Part shown: one piece after another, positions 14,158 to 23,647 of the stretch | How positions within the stretch are numbered: the stretch's first letter is position 1 | Layout of the letters: every line of letters begins with the position of its first letter | The notes under the pieces: model-generated | What the model saw: the letters and a program-made list of their open reading frames with translations, nothing else | The model's database searches: none | What the model was told of the DNA's origin: nothing | Origin: Thermoleophilia bacterium | Lineage (GTDB): Bacteria; Actinomycetota; Thermoleophilia; Gaiellales; Gaiellaceae | Direction of reading: 5' to 3' | Assembly (NCBI GenBank): GCA_026785685.1 | Contig: JAJAZN010000258.1 | Span: forward strand, 1 to 47,576 | DNA length: 47,576 nt | Made by a program: the position numbers and the translations under genes

Positions 14158-14864
14158 GCGCGGGGAGCGTCACAAGCAGCCCGCTGCGCTTGCGCGAGAT
14201 GCTCGATGCCGGCCGCGGCAAGTTCGAGCAACTCGTCGAGCTCGTCCCGCGTGAACGGGTGTCGCTCCGCTGTCGCCTGAACCTCGACGAGGCGACCGTC
14301 GACGGTCATCACGACGTTCATGTCCGTATCGGCCTGCGAATCCTCGGGGTAGTCGAGGTCGAGCACCGCCTGACCGTCGACGACGCCAACGGAGACAGCC
14401 GCAACCGACGAGGGCAACGCCTTCGACAGGCCCATCCGATCGAGCGCGCGATAGGCGGCCACGTACGCCCCGGTGATCGCCGCGCACCGCGTTCCACCGT
14501 CCGCCTGCAGCACGTCGCAGTCGAGCCAGAGCGTGCGCTCGCCGAGCGCCTCGAAGTCGCAGACGGCGCGGAGCGCACGGCCGATGAGCCGCTGGATCTC
14601 GACCGTGCGCCCGTCGGGACGGCCACGCGAGACCCCGCGCTGCGTGCGATCGCCGGTTGACGCCGGAAGCAGCGAATACTCCGCTGTCATCCAGCCACGC
14701 CCCTTCCCGCGTAGCCAACGCGGAATGTCCTCCTCGATCGTGGCCGTACAGAGCACGCGTGTCTTGCCCTGCGACCAGAGCACACACCCGTGTGGCTGCT
14801 CGAGAAAGTCCGGCAGGACGTCGAGCGCGCGCAGTTCGTCGGGTCGACGACCATCGTGTCTCAT
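14154..14864 (-). CDS. rph: Ribonuclease PH
   Basis: RHDGRRPDELR, GWMTAEYSLLP, GRTVEIQRLIGR, QADGGTRCAAITG. Confidence 0.97.
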   Translation of the reverse strand: MRHDGRRPDELRALDVLPDFLEQPHGCVLWSQGKTRVLCTATIEEDIPRWLRGKGRGWMTAEYSLLPASTGDRTQRGVSRGRPDGRTVEIQRLIGRALRAVCDFEALGERTLWLDCDVLQADGGTRCAAITGAYVAAYRALDRMGLSKALPSSVAAVSVGVVDGQAVLDLDYPEDSQADTDMNVVMTVDGRLVEVQATAERHPFTRDELDELLELAAAGIEHLAQAQRAACDAPRA

Positions 14865-15682
14865 GCTGCAACCACCTCCAGGTCGGCGACGCGTACCTGC
14901 TCGACATCTGCGATCGGGAGCTGCAGGAAACGGCTGCCCATCGCCTTGAACGCCGCCGTGTCACCCGTGGTCAGGAACCGATACGTCCCTTCTCGGGCCG
15001 AGTTGTTCTCGATCGCCTTCCGCGCCAGCGTCTCCGACACCTCGTGCGCCGTCTCGTCGGCCGAGAAGATCAGCGTCACGTCGCGGCCGAAGACGCGCTG
15101 CAGGATCGGTCGGATTAGCGGGTAGTGGGTACAGCCGAGAACGACCGTGTCGACATCCGCCTCCTTGAGGGGGCCGGCGATCTCCCGGACGGCCTCGACG
15201 GTCGCCTCGCCGAACGGATCGTCACCCTCGATCAGGGGCACGAGCTTCGGGCAGGCAACCGGAATCACCGTGACCCCGGCGTCGAGTGCCTTGATCAGTG
15301 CCTCGTAGCGGCCGCTCGCCACCGTCGCCTCGGTCGCGAGGAGCCCGACGCGGCGATTGCGGGTCGCACGCACCGCGGCGTGCGCCTCCGGCTGGATCAC
15401 CCCGATGACCGGCACGGAAAGGGACAGCTGGAGCTCGGGAAGCGCAGCTGCGGTTGCGGAATTGCAGGCAGCCACGACGAGCTTGACACCCTGGGATTCG
15501 AGAAAGGAGCCAATCTCGGCGGCGAAGCGCCGGATCTCGGCAAGCGGCCGCGGGCCGTACGGCAGCCGCGCGCCGTCGCCCAGGTACACGAAGTCCTCGT
15601 GCGGCAACGTGACGAGGCACTCATGGAGAACCGTGAGCCCACCGACACCGGAGTCGAACACACCGATCGGGCGGGCATCCAC
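14861..15682 (-). CDS. murI: Glutamate racemase
   Basis: IGVFDSGVGGLTV, ACNSA, LGCTHYP. Start moved to GTG 15682 (TACACT 7 nt upstream). Confidence 0.96.
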   Translation of the reverse strand: MDARPIGVFDSGVGGLTVLHECLVTLPHEDFVYLGDGARLPYGPRPLAEIRRFAAEIGSFLESQGVKLVVAACNSATAAALPELQLSLSVPVIGVIQPEAHAAVRATRNRRVGLLATEATVASGRYEALIKALDAGVTVIPVACPKLVPLIEGDDPFGEATVEAVREIAGPLKEADVDTVVLGCTHYPLIRPILQRVFGRDVTLIFSADETAHEVSETLARKAIENNSAREGTYRFLTTGDTAAFKAMGSRFLQLPIADVEQVRVADLEVVAA

Positions 15683-15800
15683 GCGCGGCAGTGTAGTCCC
15701 TGGCCCGGAGCACGTGGTCCGCCAACCTGTGCCGACAGCCCGTGCCTGTCCCGGCGCGGCAGTCGGAGACGTGCCCGTTCTTCGGCTACCCTTCTGCGTC

Positions 15801-17213
15801 GTGAAGAGGTCACTGATCGCGGCGGCATCGGCCGCTCTTGTGTTTCTCGCGCTCTCCGGCTCCGCGTCCGCCTTCACGAAGCAGGATCCGGTCGTGACGT
15901 CGTTCGACGGGACGAAGCTCGCGACCACGCTCTACGTGCCCGACGGCGCTGCCCCCGCAGGGGGCTGGCCCGCCATCGTGCTGTTCCACGGTCTTGGAGG
16001 AAGCCGTGCTTCGACCGACACGATCGCCGCCTCGATGGGGCTGATCGGCGAGCAGTACGTCGTCCTCACCGTCGATGCGCGCGGCCACGGCGCGTCGGGC
16101 GGCCTGTTCGAGGGAGACGGCCCGAACGAGGTGCGCGACGTCAAGACACTGTACTCGTGGCTTGCTGCCCGACCGGACGTCGCGGATGCCCGGATCGGCG
16201 CCTGGGGCATTTCTCTCGGCGGCGGCGCGATCTACACCTCGCTCGCGGCCGGTGTCCCCTGGGCGGCGATCGAGGTCGCAGAGTCATGGACGGATCTCCG
16301 GACCGCGTTCCTGCCGCAGGGCCTCTCGAAGTCTGGCGTGATCGCCGGCTTCATCGGCTCGCTCCCGCCCGAGCGCGTGGCACCGTCCGTGTTCGCCGTT
16401 CGCGACGCTGCCTACGCGGGTGCACTCAGCTCGGCGAACGCATTCGCGGCCGAGCGCTCGACGATCGCCGCGCTGAAGGGCGTCAAAACACCTGCGTTCT
16501 TCATGCAGGGGCGCCGCGACTTCGCCTTCGGCATGGGGCAAGCACTGCAGGCCTACAACGCAGTCGCAGGGCCAAAGCGCCTCTGGCTCGGCCTTCACGG
16601 CCATGCGCCGTCGATCTTCCCCGGGGCTGACACGGGCGTGATGCTCGCCGAGGGGACGAAGTTCTTCGACCTCCATCTTCGCGGCCTGCCGGTCTCGCTC
16701 GATCCGCTCCCGGTCGCCGTCTCGCCCGAGAACTGGAGCGGGAGCCCCGTTCGCTTCGCCGCGCCGCCGAAGCCTGTCTCGCAGACGCTCCGCTTCGCCG
16801 GCTCGACGACGATCGATCGTGCCGGAAAAGTGCAGCGCACATCGGCTCCGCTCAAGCGTCCGCTCGAGATCTTTGGTGCACCAGTCGCAACGGTGTCCGC
16901 CGACGCGAACGCCGGCTGGACGCGCGTCGTCACCGTCCTCACGGCGAAGACACCCCAGGGGAAGGAGATCGTCGTCGCCGGCGGTGGCGTCCCGACGACG
17001 CCGGGGGCGAAGCGCTACCGGATCTACCTCTCGAACCAGGCGACGTTCATCCCTGCAGGATCGACGCTCACGCTGACCGTCGGCACGTCCTCGCTGGCCC
17101 AGAATCCCGGCAACCTGCTGTATCTCGACCTTCCGCTCGGCCTGAACCCGAAGGTGACGGTCGGCGCGATCGGTCTCTCACTCCCCACGCTGGCCAAGCC
17201 GATCTCGCAGTGA
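15801..17213 (+). CDS. Secreted CocE/NonD-like alpha/beta hydrolase (peptidase S15-like)
   Basis: Signal peptide VKRSLIAA..SASA; SFDGTKLATTLYVP, DARGHGASGG, GISLGG nucleophile elbow; start at GTG 15801. Confidence 0.85.
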   Translation: MKRSLIAAASAALVFLALSGSASAFTKQDPVVTSFDGTKLATTLYVPDGAAPAGGWPAIVLFHGLGGSRASTDTIAASMGLIGEQYVVLTVDARGHGASGGLFEGDGPNEVRDVKTLYSWLAARPDVADARIGAWGISLGGGAIYTSLAAGVPWAAIEVAESWTDLRTAFLPQGLSKSGVIAGFIGSLPPERVAPSVFAVRDAAYAGALSSANAFAAERSTIAALKGVKTPAFFMQGRRDFAFGMGQALQAYNAVAGPKRLWLGLHGHAPSIFPGADTGVMLAEGTKFFDLHLRGLPVSLDPLPVAVSPENWSGSPVRFAAPPKPVSQTLRFAGSTTIDRAGKVQRTSAPLKRPLEIFGAPVATVSADANAGWTRVVTVLTAKTPQGKEIVVAGGGVPTTPGAKRYRIYLSNQATFIPAGSTLTLTVGTSSLAQNPGNLLYLDLPLGLNPKVTVGAIGLSLPTLAKPISQ

Positions 17214-18415
17214 GGCATGCCCTTCTTGCGGGCGTGGTAATCCTGCTTCTTGCGGCAACGGCGGGTGCGGCGACCAGTGCTGATCCCGGGATCACGCCGA
17301 CGACGATCGTTCTCGGCGGTACCGTGCCGCTCTCCGGCGAGGCCGCTGCATTCGGCTCTGTCGGCCCGGGAGCCAAGGCCTACTTCGCCTACGTCAACGC
17401 GAAGGGCGGCGTCAACGGACGCAAGATCGATTACCGCTACCTCGACGACGGCTACGACCCCGCCCAGACGGTGCAGCTGACGCGTCAACTCGTCGAGCAG
17501 GACAAGGTCTTTGCCATCTTCAACTCCGTCGGGACGAACAATAATCTCGCGATCAGGCCGTATCTGAGCGCACAGAAGGTTCCGCAGTTGTTCGTCGGCG
17601 ACGGCTCCGACGCACTTGCGCAACCGCGGAAGTACCCGGGCACGATGGGCCTTCTCCCGAGCTACCGCGGCGAGGGTGCGGTGTACGGGCGCACGCTCGC
17701 GAAGACCCGTCCCAAGGCGAAGATCGCCGTCCTCCATGAGAACAACGATCTCGGCAAGGACATGACGCGTGGGCTCTCCCGTGCGATTGCTGGGAAGGGA
17801 CCGCGGATCGTTGCGTCGGAGCCGTACGAGTACACAGACCCCGACGTCTCGTCCCAGGTCGCGAAGCTCAGGGCGTCGGGGGCCGACACGCTCGTCCTGT
17901 TCGCGACACCGAAGTTCATGATCCAGGGCGTCGTCGCCGCGCACAAGCTGGGATGGCAGCCCGCGACCGTCGTGATCGCCTCCGTCTCGATCGAGCCGGG
18001 GATCATGGGGATCGCGAAAGTGAATGCGCCCGAGATCACGAAGGGCGCGCTCTCGATCGCGTTTCTGAAGAATCCGAACGACCCGGTCTGGGCAAAGGAC
18101 GCCGCCCGCACCCTCTATCTCCAGATCCTGAAAAAGTACGCGCCGGGCGCGAAACCGAGCGACGTCTACAACTGGTACGGCATGACGGCAGCCTGGACGA
18201 TGACCGAGACCCTGAAGCGGTCGGGCCGCAATCTGACCCGCGCGGGACTCGTCAAGACTGCACAGAATCTCGATCTCAGGAAGAATCCCTTCCTGCTTCC
18301 GGAAATCACGATCCGGACGAGTCCGACGAAGTACTTCCCCATCGCGAACATCTACCTCTACCGGTACGACAACAAGGAATGGGTTCGTGCGAGTCCGCTC
18401 CAGCCCGCGCGCTGA
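17210..18415 (+). CDS. ABC transporter substrate-binding protein, branched-chain amino acid (LivJ-like) family
   Basis: Signal peptide; PLSG, NAKGGVNGRKI, DDGYDP motifs. Confidence 0.9.
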   Translation: MRHALLAGVVILLLAATAGAATSADPGITPTTIVLGGTVPLSGEAAAFGSVGPGAKAYFAYVNAKGGVNGRKIDYRYLDDGYDPAQTVQLTRQLVEQDKVFAIFNSVGTNNNLAIRPYLSAQKVPQLFVGDGSDALAQPRKYPGTMGLLPSYRGEGAVYGRTLAKTRPKAKIAVLHENNDLGKDMTRGLSRAIAGKGPRIVASEPYEYTDPDVSSQVAKLRASGADTLVLFATPKFMIQGVVAAHKLGWQPATVVIASVSIEPGIMGIAKVNAPEITKGALSIAFLKNPNDPVWAKDAARTLYLQILKKYAPGAKPSDVYNWYGMTAAWTMTETLKRSGRNLTRAGLVKTAQNLDLRKNPFLLPEITIRTSPTKYFPIANIYLYRYDNKEWVRASPLQPAR

Positions 18416-18499
18416 CAGGGAGGAGCCGGCACCGATGCACAACCGCAAGGTCGATCAGACGTCTCAGACAAAGGAAGCCCTATCTCAAGGAGGACACAC

Positions 18500-19522
18500 A
18501 TGACCCGGAGCATCCGCCTTGCGGTGCTCGCGCTCGCCGCAATTGCCGTGCTCGCACTCGCGAGCATCGCCTACGCGGCGTACACGACCCCGTCACTGAA
18601 GGTAACGCAAGTTGGCACGCAGACCGTGATCTCGGTCACGCAGGATCAGAACGACGACGCAACGGCACGCGCTTCGATCTACGCGCCGGCCGGCACCGTC
18701 TCGACGCTGAATCAGGCACCGGGCACGAAGATTGGCACCGTCACCGCGACGGTCGTCGCGCTCGCACTCGGTAACGCGCTGCTCCCGCTCACGGGTGAGA
18801 TCCTGGTCGCTCCTCCGGGCGCGATCCCGGCGGCCTCCCAGGCGGCGTGCATCCAGTCGACGACGCCGACGGCATCGTGGCTCATGGTTCTGCAGGCTGC
18901 AGGGCAGACGCTCAATGTGCCGATGTACCTCGTCACCACCGCCGGGGCCGAGACAGCGTACGGCCCCGTGAAGATCGTCGTCTGCCTGCCTCCTCCGGAT
19001 GTGCCCGTCGCCCTCGGTGGAGCGACGTTCGGCGCCAAGCTGTTCCAGGCGACGTTCACGGTGAACGGCATCTTCAGCGCCGTCTCCTCCGGCCAGTGGC
19101 TCTCGATCTGGTCGCCGTACACGCCGCTCGTCGGCAAGGTCAACGCGGCAGGCTCGGTCGCCTCGCCGTCGGGCATCGCGCCCGGCAGCCTGTCGGTCAA
19201 GGTCGCAAAGGTCGGCCTCGTCAAGTCGAAGCTCACCGGCAAGCTTGCCCAGGGTGGCGCCGCAGTCGGCGGTGCCAACGTGCAGATCTGGGCCGGCAAG
19301 ACGAAGGCGGGGCTGAAAAAGGTCGCGACCGTGAAGACGAACGCGAGCGGCACCTACAGGTTCGCCTACGGCAAGGTGGCGAAGTTCTTCCGCACCCGGA
19401 CGATCGTGGGCGCGAGCCCAGCCCCGGCACTATGCGCGAAGCTGCAGCCGGCGCTTCCGGTGCCTTGCGTCAACGCCACGAACAGCGCGTTCACGGCGCT
19501 GAGCCCGATCACCAAGCGGTAA
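18500..19522 (+). CDS. Secreted hypothetical protein (340 aa)
   Basis: AAGGAGG RBS, signal peptide ending AYA, Thr/Ala/Gly-rich body and Lys-rich C-terminal part. Confidence 0.85.
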   Translation: MTRSIRLAVLALAAIAVLALASIAYAAYTTPSLKVTQVGTQTVISVTQDQNDDATARASIYAPAGTVSTLNQAPGTKIGTVTATVVALALGNALLPLTGEILVAPPGAIPAASQAACIQSTTPTASWLMVLQAAGQTLNVPMYLVTTAGAETAYGPVKIVVCLPPPDVPVALGGATFGAKLFQATFTVNGIFSAVSSGQWLSIWSPYTPLVGKVNAAGSVASPSGIAPGSLSVKVAKVGLVKSKLTGKLAQGGAAVGGANVQIWAGKTKAGLKKVATVKTNASGTYRFAYGKVAKFFRTRTIVGASPAPALCAKLQPALPVPCVNATNSAFTALSPITKR

Positions 19523-19550
19523 GGACGACGAATCCACTGGTGCGAAGAAT

Positions 19551-19581
19551 GAGAGAGGGCGTCCATGGGGCGCCCTCTCTC
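19551..19581 (+). terminator. Hairpin terminator after the secreted-protein gene
   Basis: GAGAGAGGGCG ... CGCCCTCTCTC 11-bp stem. Confidence 0.7.
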
Positions 19582-19655
19582 GCTTCTGAAGTGGATCGGG
19601 CCGCCATGCCGCCCCCGGTCCAACGAGACCCTGAGTGTGCGATGATTGGCTCTCG

Positions 19656-20234
19656 ATGGACGACAACGCTGGTGATGACAAGGCTGCCGTCGATGCCGCT
19701 GCCGTGGCACGAGTTGCGGGCGGCGACGCCGTTGCGCTACGTGAGCTCCACGATCGTTATGGCAAGGTCATCTACTCGTTCGCGTACCGGCTGACGCATG
19801 ACGCGACGCTCTCCGAAGAGTGCGTTCAGGATGTCTTCGTCGCCCTCTGGCGCAGGGCTGCAGACTTCGACCCGACCCGCGCGAAGCTCACGACCTGGCT
19901 GTTCGTCGTCGCCCGCAATCGTGCAATCGAGCTCGGCCGCCAGAAGAGCCGGCGACCCGAGTTGCGAGACGACCTGGAGCCGGTCGGATCGTCGCCCGAT
20001 CCGGCGCATCTGGTCACGGTCGCAGACGAGTCCCAGAGGGTGGCCGAGGCGATGGCGGAACTCCCGGAGGACCAGCTCGCGGTTCTCCGACTCTCGTATT
20101 TCGACGGCCTGTCGCACTCCGAGATCGCAGAAGTGATCGGAATCCCATTGGGGACCGTAAAAGGAAGGATGAGACTTGCGCTCGAACGACTGAGAAGTCT
20201 CTCTGACACCTACGATCTGCAGGCGGAATCATGA
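19656..20234 (+). CDS. ECF sigma factor, SigK-like
   Basis: EECVQDVFVALWRRAADFD, WLFVVARNRAI, LSYFDGLSHSEIAEVIGIPLGTVKGRMR; ATGA overlap with the anti-sigma gene; start could be 19635. Confidence 0.92.
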   Translation: MDDNAGDDKAAVDAAAVARVAGGDAVALRELHDRYGKVIYSFAYRLTHDATLSEECVQDVFVALWRRAADFDPTRAKLTTWLFVVARNRAIELGRQKSRRPELRDDLEPVGSSPDPAHLVTVADESQRVAEAMAELPEDQLAVLRLSYFDGLSHSEIAEVIGIPLGTVKGRMRLALERLRSLSDTYDLQAES

Positions 20235-20830
20235 ACGACGAGAACGACAGCAGCCAGTTCGAGATCGACCGGGCCACGCTCGCCTTCTTGGAGGAGTCAC
20301 TGCCGCGCGTCCTGCCGCCCGCCGACATGTTCGATCGGATCCTCGCGGAGATTCGCCCCGAGGCGACCGTCGTGCCACTGCGACCGAGGGCGCATCGCCG
20401 CGTCATCGTTCCGGTCGCCGGGGCGCTCGCCGCCGTCGCGGCGGTCGTCCTGATCGCCGTCGTCGCGCTCGGAGTCGACGACCTCGGATCGCCGGACGCA
20501 CGGGCGGCGATCTCCGGGAAGAGCGATCCAGCCGTCACCGGGGAAGCGAAGCTCTTCGGCGCGAACGCCGATGGAGGAACGGTTCGCGTGTCCCTCCGTG
20601 ACGTACCTCCGGCGCCGAGCGGCCATCACTACGAGGTCTGGGTACTCCGCCGCGATGCAGGCGGTGAGATGGAGGCCGTCGGGAGCTTCACGCCCACGTC
20701 GAGCAACGTCACACTCGACCTGACGCTTCCCGGTCCGGGTGACTACGCCGCGGTGGACGTCTCGATCGAGGAGAACGGCGGCCCTCCGATCCACAGCGAC
20801 ACGAGCCTTGCGGGCGGCACCTTCAGCTAA
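20231..20830 (+). CDS. Anti-sigma-K factor (RskA-like)
   Basis: Single TM helix, YEVW motif, C-terminal VSIEENGG; directly downstream of the SigK-like sigma. Confidence 0.88.
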   Translation: MNDENDSSQFEIDRATLAFLEESLPRVLPPADMFDRILAEIRPEATVVPLRPRAHRRVIVPVAGALAAVAAVVLIAVVALGVDDLGSPDARAAISGKSDPAVTGEAKLFGANADGGTVRVSLRDVPPAPSGHHYEVWVLRRDAGGEMEAVGSFTPTSSNVTLDLTLPGPGDYAAVDVSIEENGGPPIHSDTSLAGGTFS

Positions 20831-21358
20831 CAGAAGAGTCGGGTCGACCTGGAGCAGTCCGACGGGTGGGTCACCGCGGGCGTCAACCGCCCGGTTCTCA
20901 TTCTCGGCAGCCTGGACGGGATCGAGACCGGGATCCGCCAGCTGATTCGCCATCGTCCGCTGGAAGTCGAGCTGGTCGAAACCCCCGCCGGGCCGCTCCG
21001 GGTTCCGACCCTCGATGAGATGTTGCGGATCAAGGCGTGGCTCGTGCTTCGACGCAACGCGACCCGCGACTACCTCGACGTCGTTGCCCTCGCTGATCGG
21101 CTCGGCCTCGAGGCGGCCGCTCGCATGTGCGTGGAGCTCGACGCGTTCTACGAGAATCAGCAGGGTGCCGGAGGTGAGCGCGTGGCAACGCAGCTCGTGA
21201 AGCAGCTCGCCGAGCCGGCACCGTACGATCTTTCCGAGGTCGACCTCGGCACGTATCGGCGGCTGAACGTGCGCTGGCGCGACTGGCGCGAGGTCGAATC
21301 CGCCTGCCACGCCCTCGCCCACGCGATGCTCAACCTCGTCAGCGCCGGTGACGGCTGA
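20831..21358 (+). pseudogene. 5'-truncated AbiEii/DUF1814-like nucleotidyltransferase (type IV TA toxin-like)
   Basis: Open frame from 20831: ..DLEQSDGWVTAGVNRPVLILGSLDGIETGIRQLIR..VPTLDEMLRIKAWLVLRRNATRDYLD. It has the K..R..RD motif but no start codon and no N-terminal GG/DxD segment. Confidence 0.6.
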
Positions 21359-21876
21359 TGCGCCACCGGCACCTCGAGATCGCGGATGGGACGCCGGTGG
21401 CCGAGCTCGGGCTCGAAGCGATCGACAACGTGCTCGACCGAGGCGACCTCTCCGATTGGCAGCCTCTCCTGCGGGCGGTACGACGCGACCCGCGTGGCGC
21501 GGTCTCCGAGCGCGTCCTCCATCTCGTCGAGCGGCACCCGATGCACGGCACGTCGGCTCTCTGGCGCTCGTGGATCGAAGCGCTCAGGGCAGAAGCCGAG
21601 CCCGTCCACGTCGGCCAGGCGCTCGGCGCGCTCCGACGCGCCCGCAGCCTGACCCAGCAGCGGGTCGCTGACGTGCTCGAGATGACCCAGCCCGAGGTGT
21701 CGAAGCTCGAGCAGCGGCGCGACGTCCGAGTTTCGACCCTTCGTGCCTACGTCGCCGCCCTCGGCGGGCAACTCGCGCTGTCGGCGCGCTTCGCCGACGG
21801 AGAGGAGCCCATCTTCCCGACGTCCGCCGAGGCGCCCCGCGAGGAGCGACCGATCCGCCATCGGCCCACCGCTTGA
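21358..21876 (+). CDS. XRE/Cro-type HTH protein with an N-terminal extra domain (putative antitoxin/regulator)
   Basis: LRRARSLTQQRVADVLEMTQPEVSKLE..STLRAYVAALGG; TGATG coupling to the upstream nucleotidyltransferase frame. Confidence 0.85.
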   Translation: MRHRHLEIADGTPVAELGLEAIDNVLDRGDLSDWQPLLRAVRRDPRGAVSERVLHLVERHPMHGTSALWRSWIEALRAEAEPVHVGQALGALRRARSLTQQRVADVLEMTQPEVSKLEQRRDVRVSTLRAYVAALGGQLALSARFADGEEPIFPTSAEAPREERPIRHRPTA

Positions 21877-21917
21877 TGAGGAGGTGCGAGCGAGCGTCTG
21901 CCGAAACGGGCGAGCTG

Positions 21918-22160
21918 TTACTGCCGGTAGCTCTCGACCACTGAGGCATCGCGCACCCGGGCGGCCTCCGCATCGAGATGGTTTTCCTCGTAGGCGCGAC
22001 GCTGCCGGAGGAGGTCTCAGTAGCGGTCGAGGGTGACCTTCGCGACTGCGAGGCGCTGGGCATCGCTCTCGGGATGGCCGCCTCGGGCCTGGTTTTCCCA
22101 GAGGCGATGCTCCTCGGCGACGAGCTCTTCGATCGCCTGGTGGATCTGCTCATCGTTCAT
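21918..22160 (-). pseudogene. DUF2630-family small protein with an in-frame TGA
   Basis: Manual translation MNDEQIHQAIEELVAEEHRL..LDRY*DLLRQRRA..VVESYRQ. TGA (22017-22019) sits where the family has Trp (LDQCWDLLRQRRA). AAAGG RBS. Not in the ORF track. Confidence 0.8.
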
Positions 22161-22191
22161 GGGATGCCTTTCGGTTGTGGTTCGGAACGTG

Positions 22192-23643
22192 TCAGGCCGG
22201 CTGCGACTCTGCCACTGCGGCGCGCGGCGTACCGGCTAGTTGGCCGCCGGGGCATTCTTCGGCCTTCACGACGCGGGCCGGGTCGCGGATTCCAAGGAAC
22301 GCGATCACACCGCCCAAGCCGACGAGAACCGCGCAGATCACGATCGCGGTGTGGAACGCTGCAACGGAGCCACTGTTCGGCGCAAACGTGTTGCCCGGTA
22401 GCCGACCCGAGACGACGGCGCCGATAGCCGAGACGCCGATCAGCCCGGCACAACGGGCGATCGCGTTGTTGATCGCCGACGCGATCCCGGCGTCGTCGAC
22501 GTCGGCGTCGGCGAGCACCGTCGCGGTCAGCGGCGCCACCGTCATCGTCAGCCCGAGCGAGAAAACGATCAGCGCGGGCAGCAGATCTCCGACGTACGAG
22601 GTTTCGATGCCGGTGCGAAGGAAGAGCAGGATGCCGGCGGCTGCCAGGAGTGGGCCACCGGTAAGGAACAGTCGCGGGCCGTGGCGGTCGGCGAGGGCGC
22701 CCATCCGGCTCGAGAGCGCGAACATGATCAGTGTCGAGGGGATCGTCGTCAGGCCGGCCTTCAGGGCCGAGTAGCCGGCGACCTCTTGTAGAAAGATGAA
22801 GAGGAAGAAGAAGAGAATCGACAGCCCCGCGTACATCGAGAGCGTCTCGAGGTTCGCGAGCGCGAAGTTGCGGCGTGCGAAGAGGTCGAGGCGCAGCATC
22901 GGATGGGATGCGCGCTGCTCGTAGGCGACGAACGCGCCGAGCAGGATGACTCCTCCGCTGAGCGCGCCGAGGATGATGGGACTGCCCCAGCCATAGTTTG
23001 GTTGCTCGATCAGGCCGAAGACGATCGCCGCGAGGCCGAGACCGACGAGCCCGGCGCCAAGGAAGTCCACCCGTCGTCGCGTCGTTGGCAGATCGGGTAC
23101 CGCGCTCCGGACGAGCGCAAGCGTGAGGAGAACGAGCGGTACGTTGATCGCGAAGATCCAGCGCCACGACGTCTGGTCGACGATCACCCCGCCGACGAGC
23201 GGCCCGACGATGATCGCGATCCCGCCCCACGCCGTCCACGACCCGATCGCCTTCCCACGCTCGCCCGCGTCGAACGCGGCCACGATGATCGCGAGGGAGC
23301 TCGGGGCGAGAAGGGCTCCCGCTGCTCCCTGCAATGCCCGCGCCGCGATGAGGGTCTCCGACGTCGGCGCGACCGCACACAGAAGCGACAGCACACCGAA
23401 GGATGCGATCCCGATCGCAAAGACGCGCCGCTTGCCGTAGATGTCTCCGAGTGACCCGCCGATCAGGATCAACGAGCCGAGCGTGAGCGTGTAGGCGTTC
23501 GCGATCCACTGCTGAGCCTGCAGCCCGCCGCCGAGATCGGCCTGGATCGCCGGCAGAGCGACGTTGATGATGGTGCCGTCGATCGCGGCGATGCTCGAGC
23601 CGAGGATCGCCGCGATCAGCGTCATCCTCTGGGTAGAGGTCAT
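22192..23643 (-). CDS. MFS drug:H+ antiporter, DHA2 (EmrB/QacA) family
   Basis: DGTIINVALP, GSLGDIYGKRR (motif A), WRWIFAINVP; start moved to ATG 23643. Confidence 0.93.
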   Translation of the reverse strand: MTSTQRMTLIAAILGSSIAAIDGTIINVALPAIQADLGGGLQAQQWIANAYTLTLGSLILIGGSLGDIYGKRRVFAIGIASFGVLSLLCAVAPTSETLIAARALQGAAGALLAPSSLAIIVAAFDAGERGKAIGSWTAWGGIAIIVGPLVGGVIVDQTSWRWIFAINVPLVLLTLALVRSAVPDLPTTRRRVDFLGAGLVGLGLAAIVFGLIEQPNYGWGSPIILGALSGGVILLGAFVAYEQRASHPMLRLDLFARRNFALANLETLSMYAGLSILFFFLFIFLQEVAGYSALKAGLTTIPSTLIMFALSSRMGALADRHGPRLFLTGGPLLAAAGILLFLRTGIETSYVGDLLPALIVFSLGLTMTVAPLTATVLADADVDDAGIASAINNAIARCAGLIGVSAIGAVVSGRLPGNTFAPNSGSVAAFHTAIVICAVLVGLGGVIAFLGIRDPARVVKAEECPGGQLAGTPRAAVAESQPA

Positions 23644-23647
23644 CGGC

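Noticed and set aside
20231-21358. Anti-sigma/nucleotidyltransferase readthrough fusion (same frame across TAA 20828-20830)
   Set aside because: The anti-sigma ends at a normal-looking C-terminus and the downstream part lacks its catalytic N-terminus. A shared frame has a one-in-three chance.
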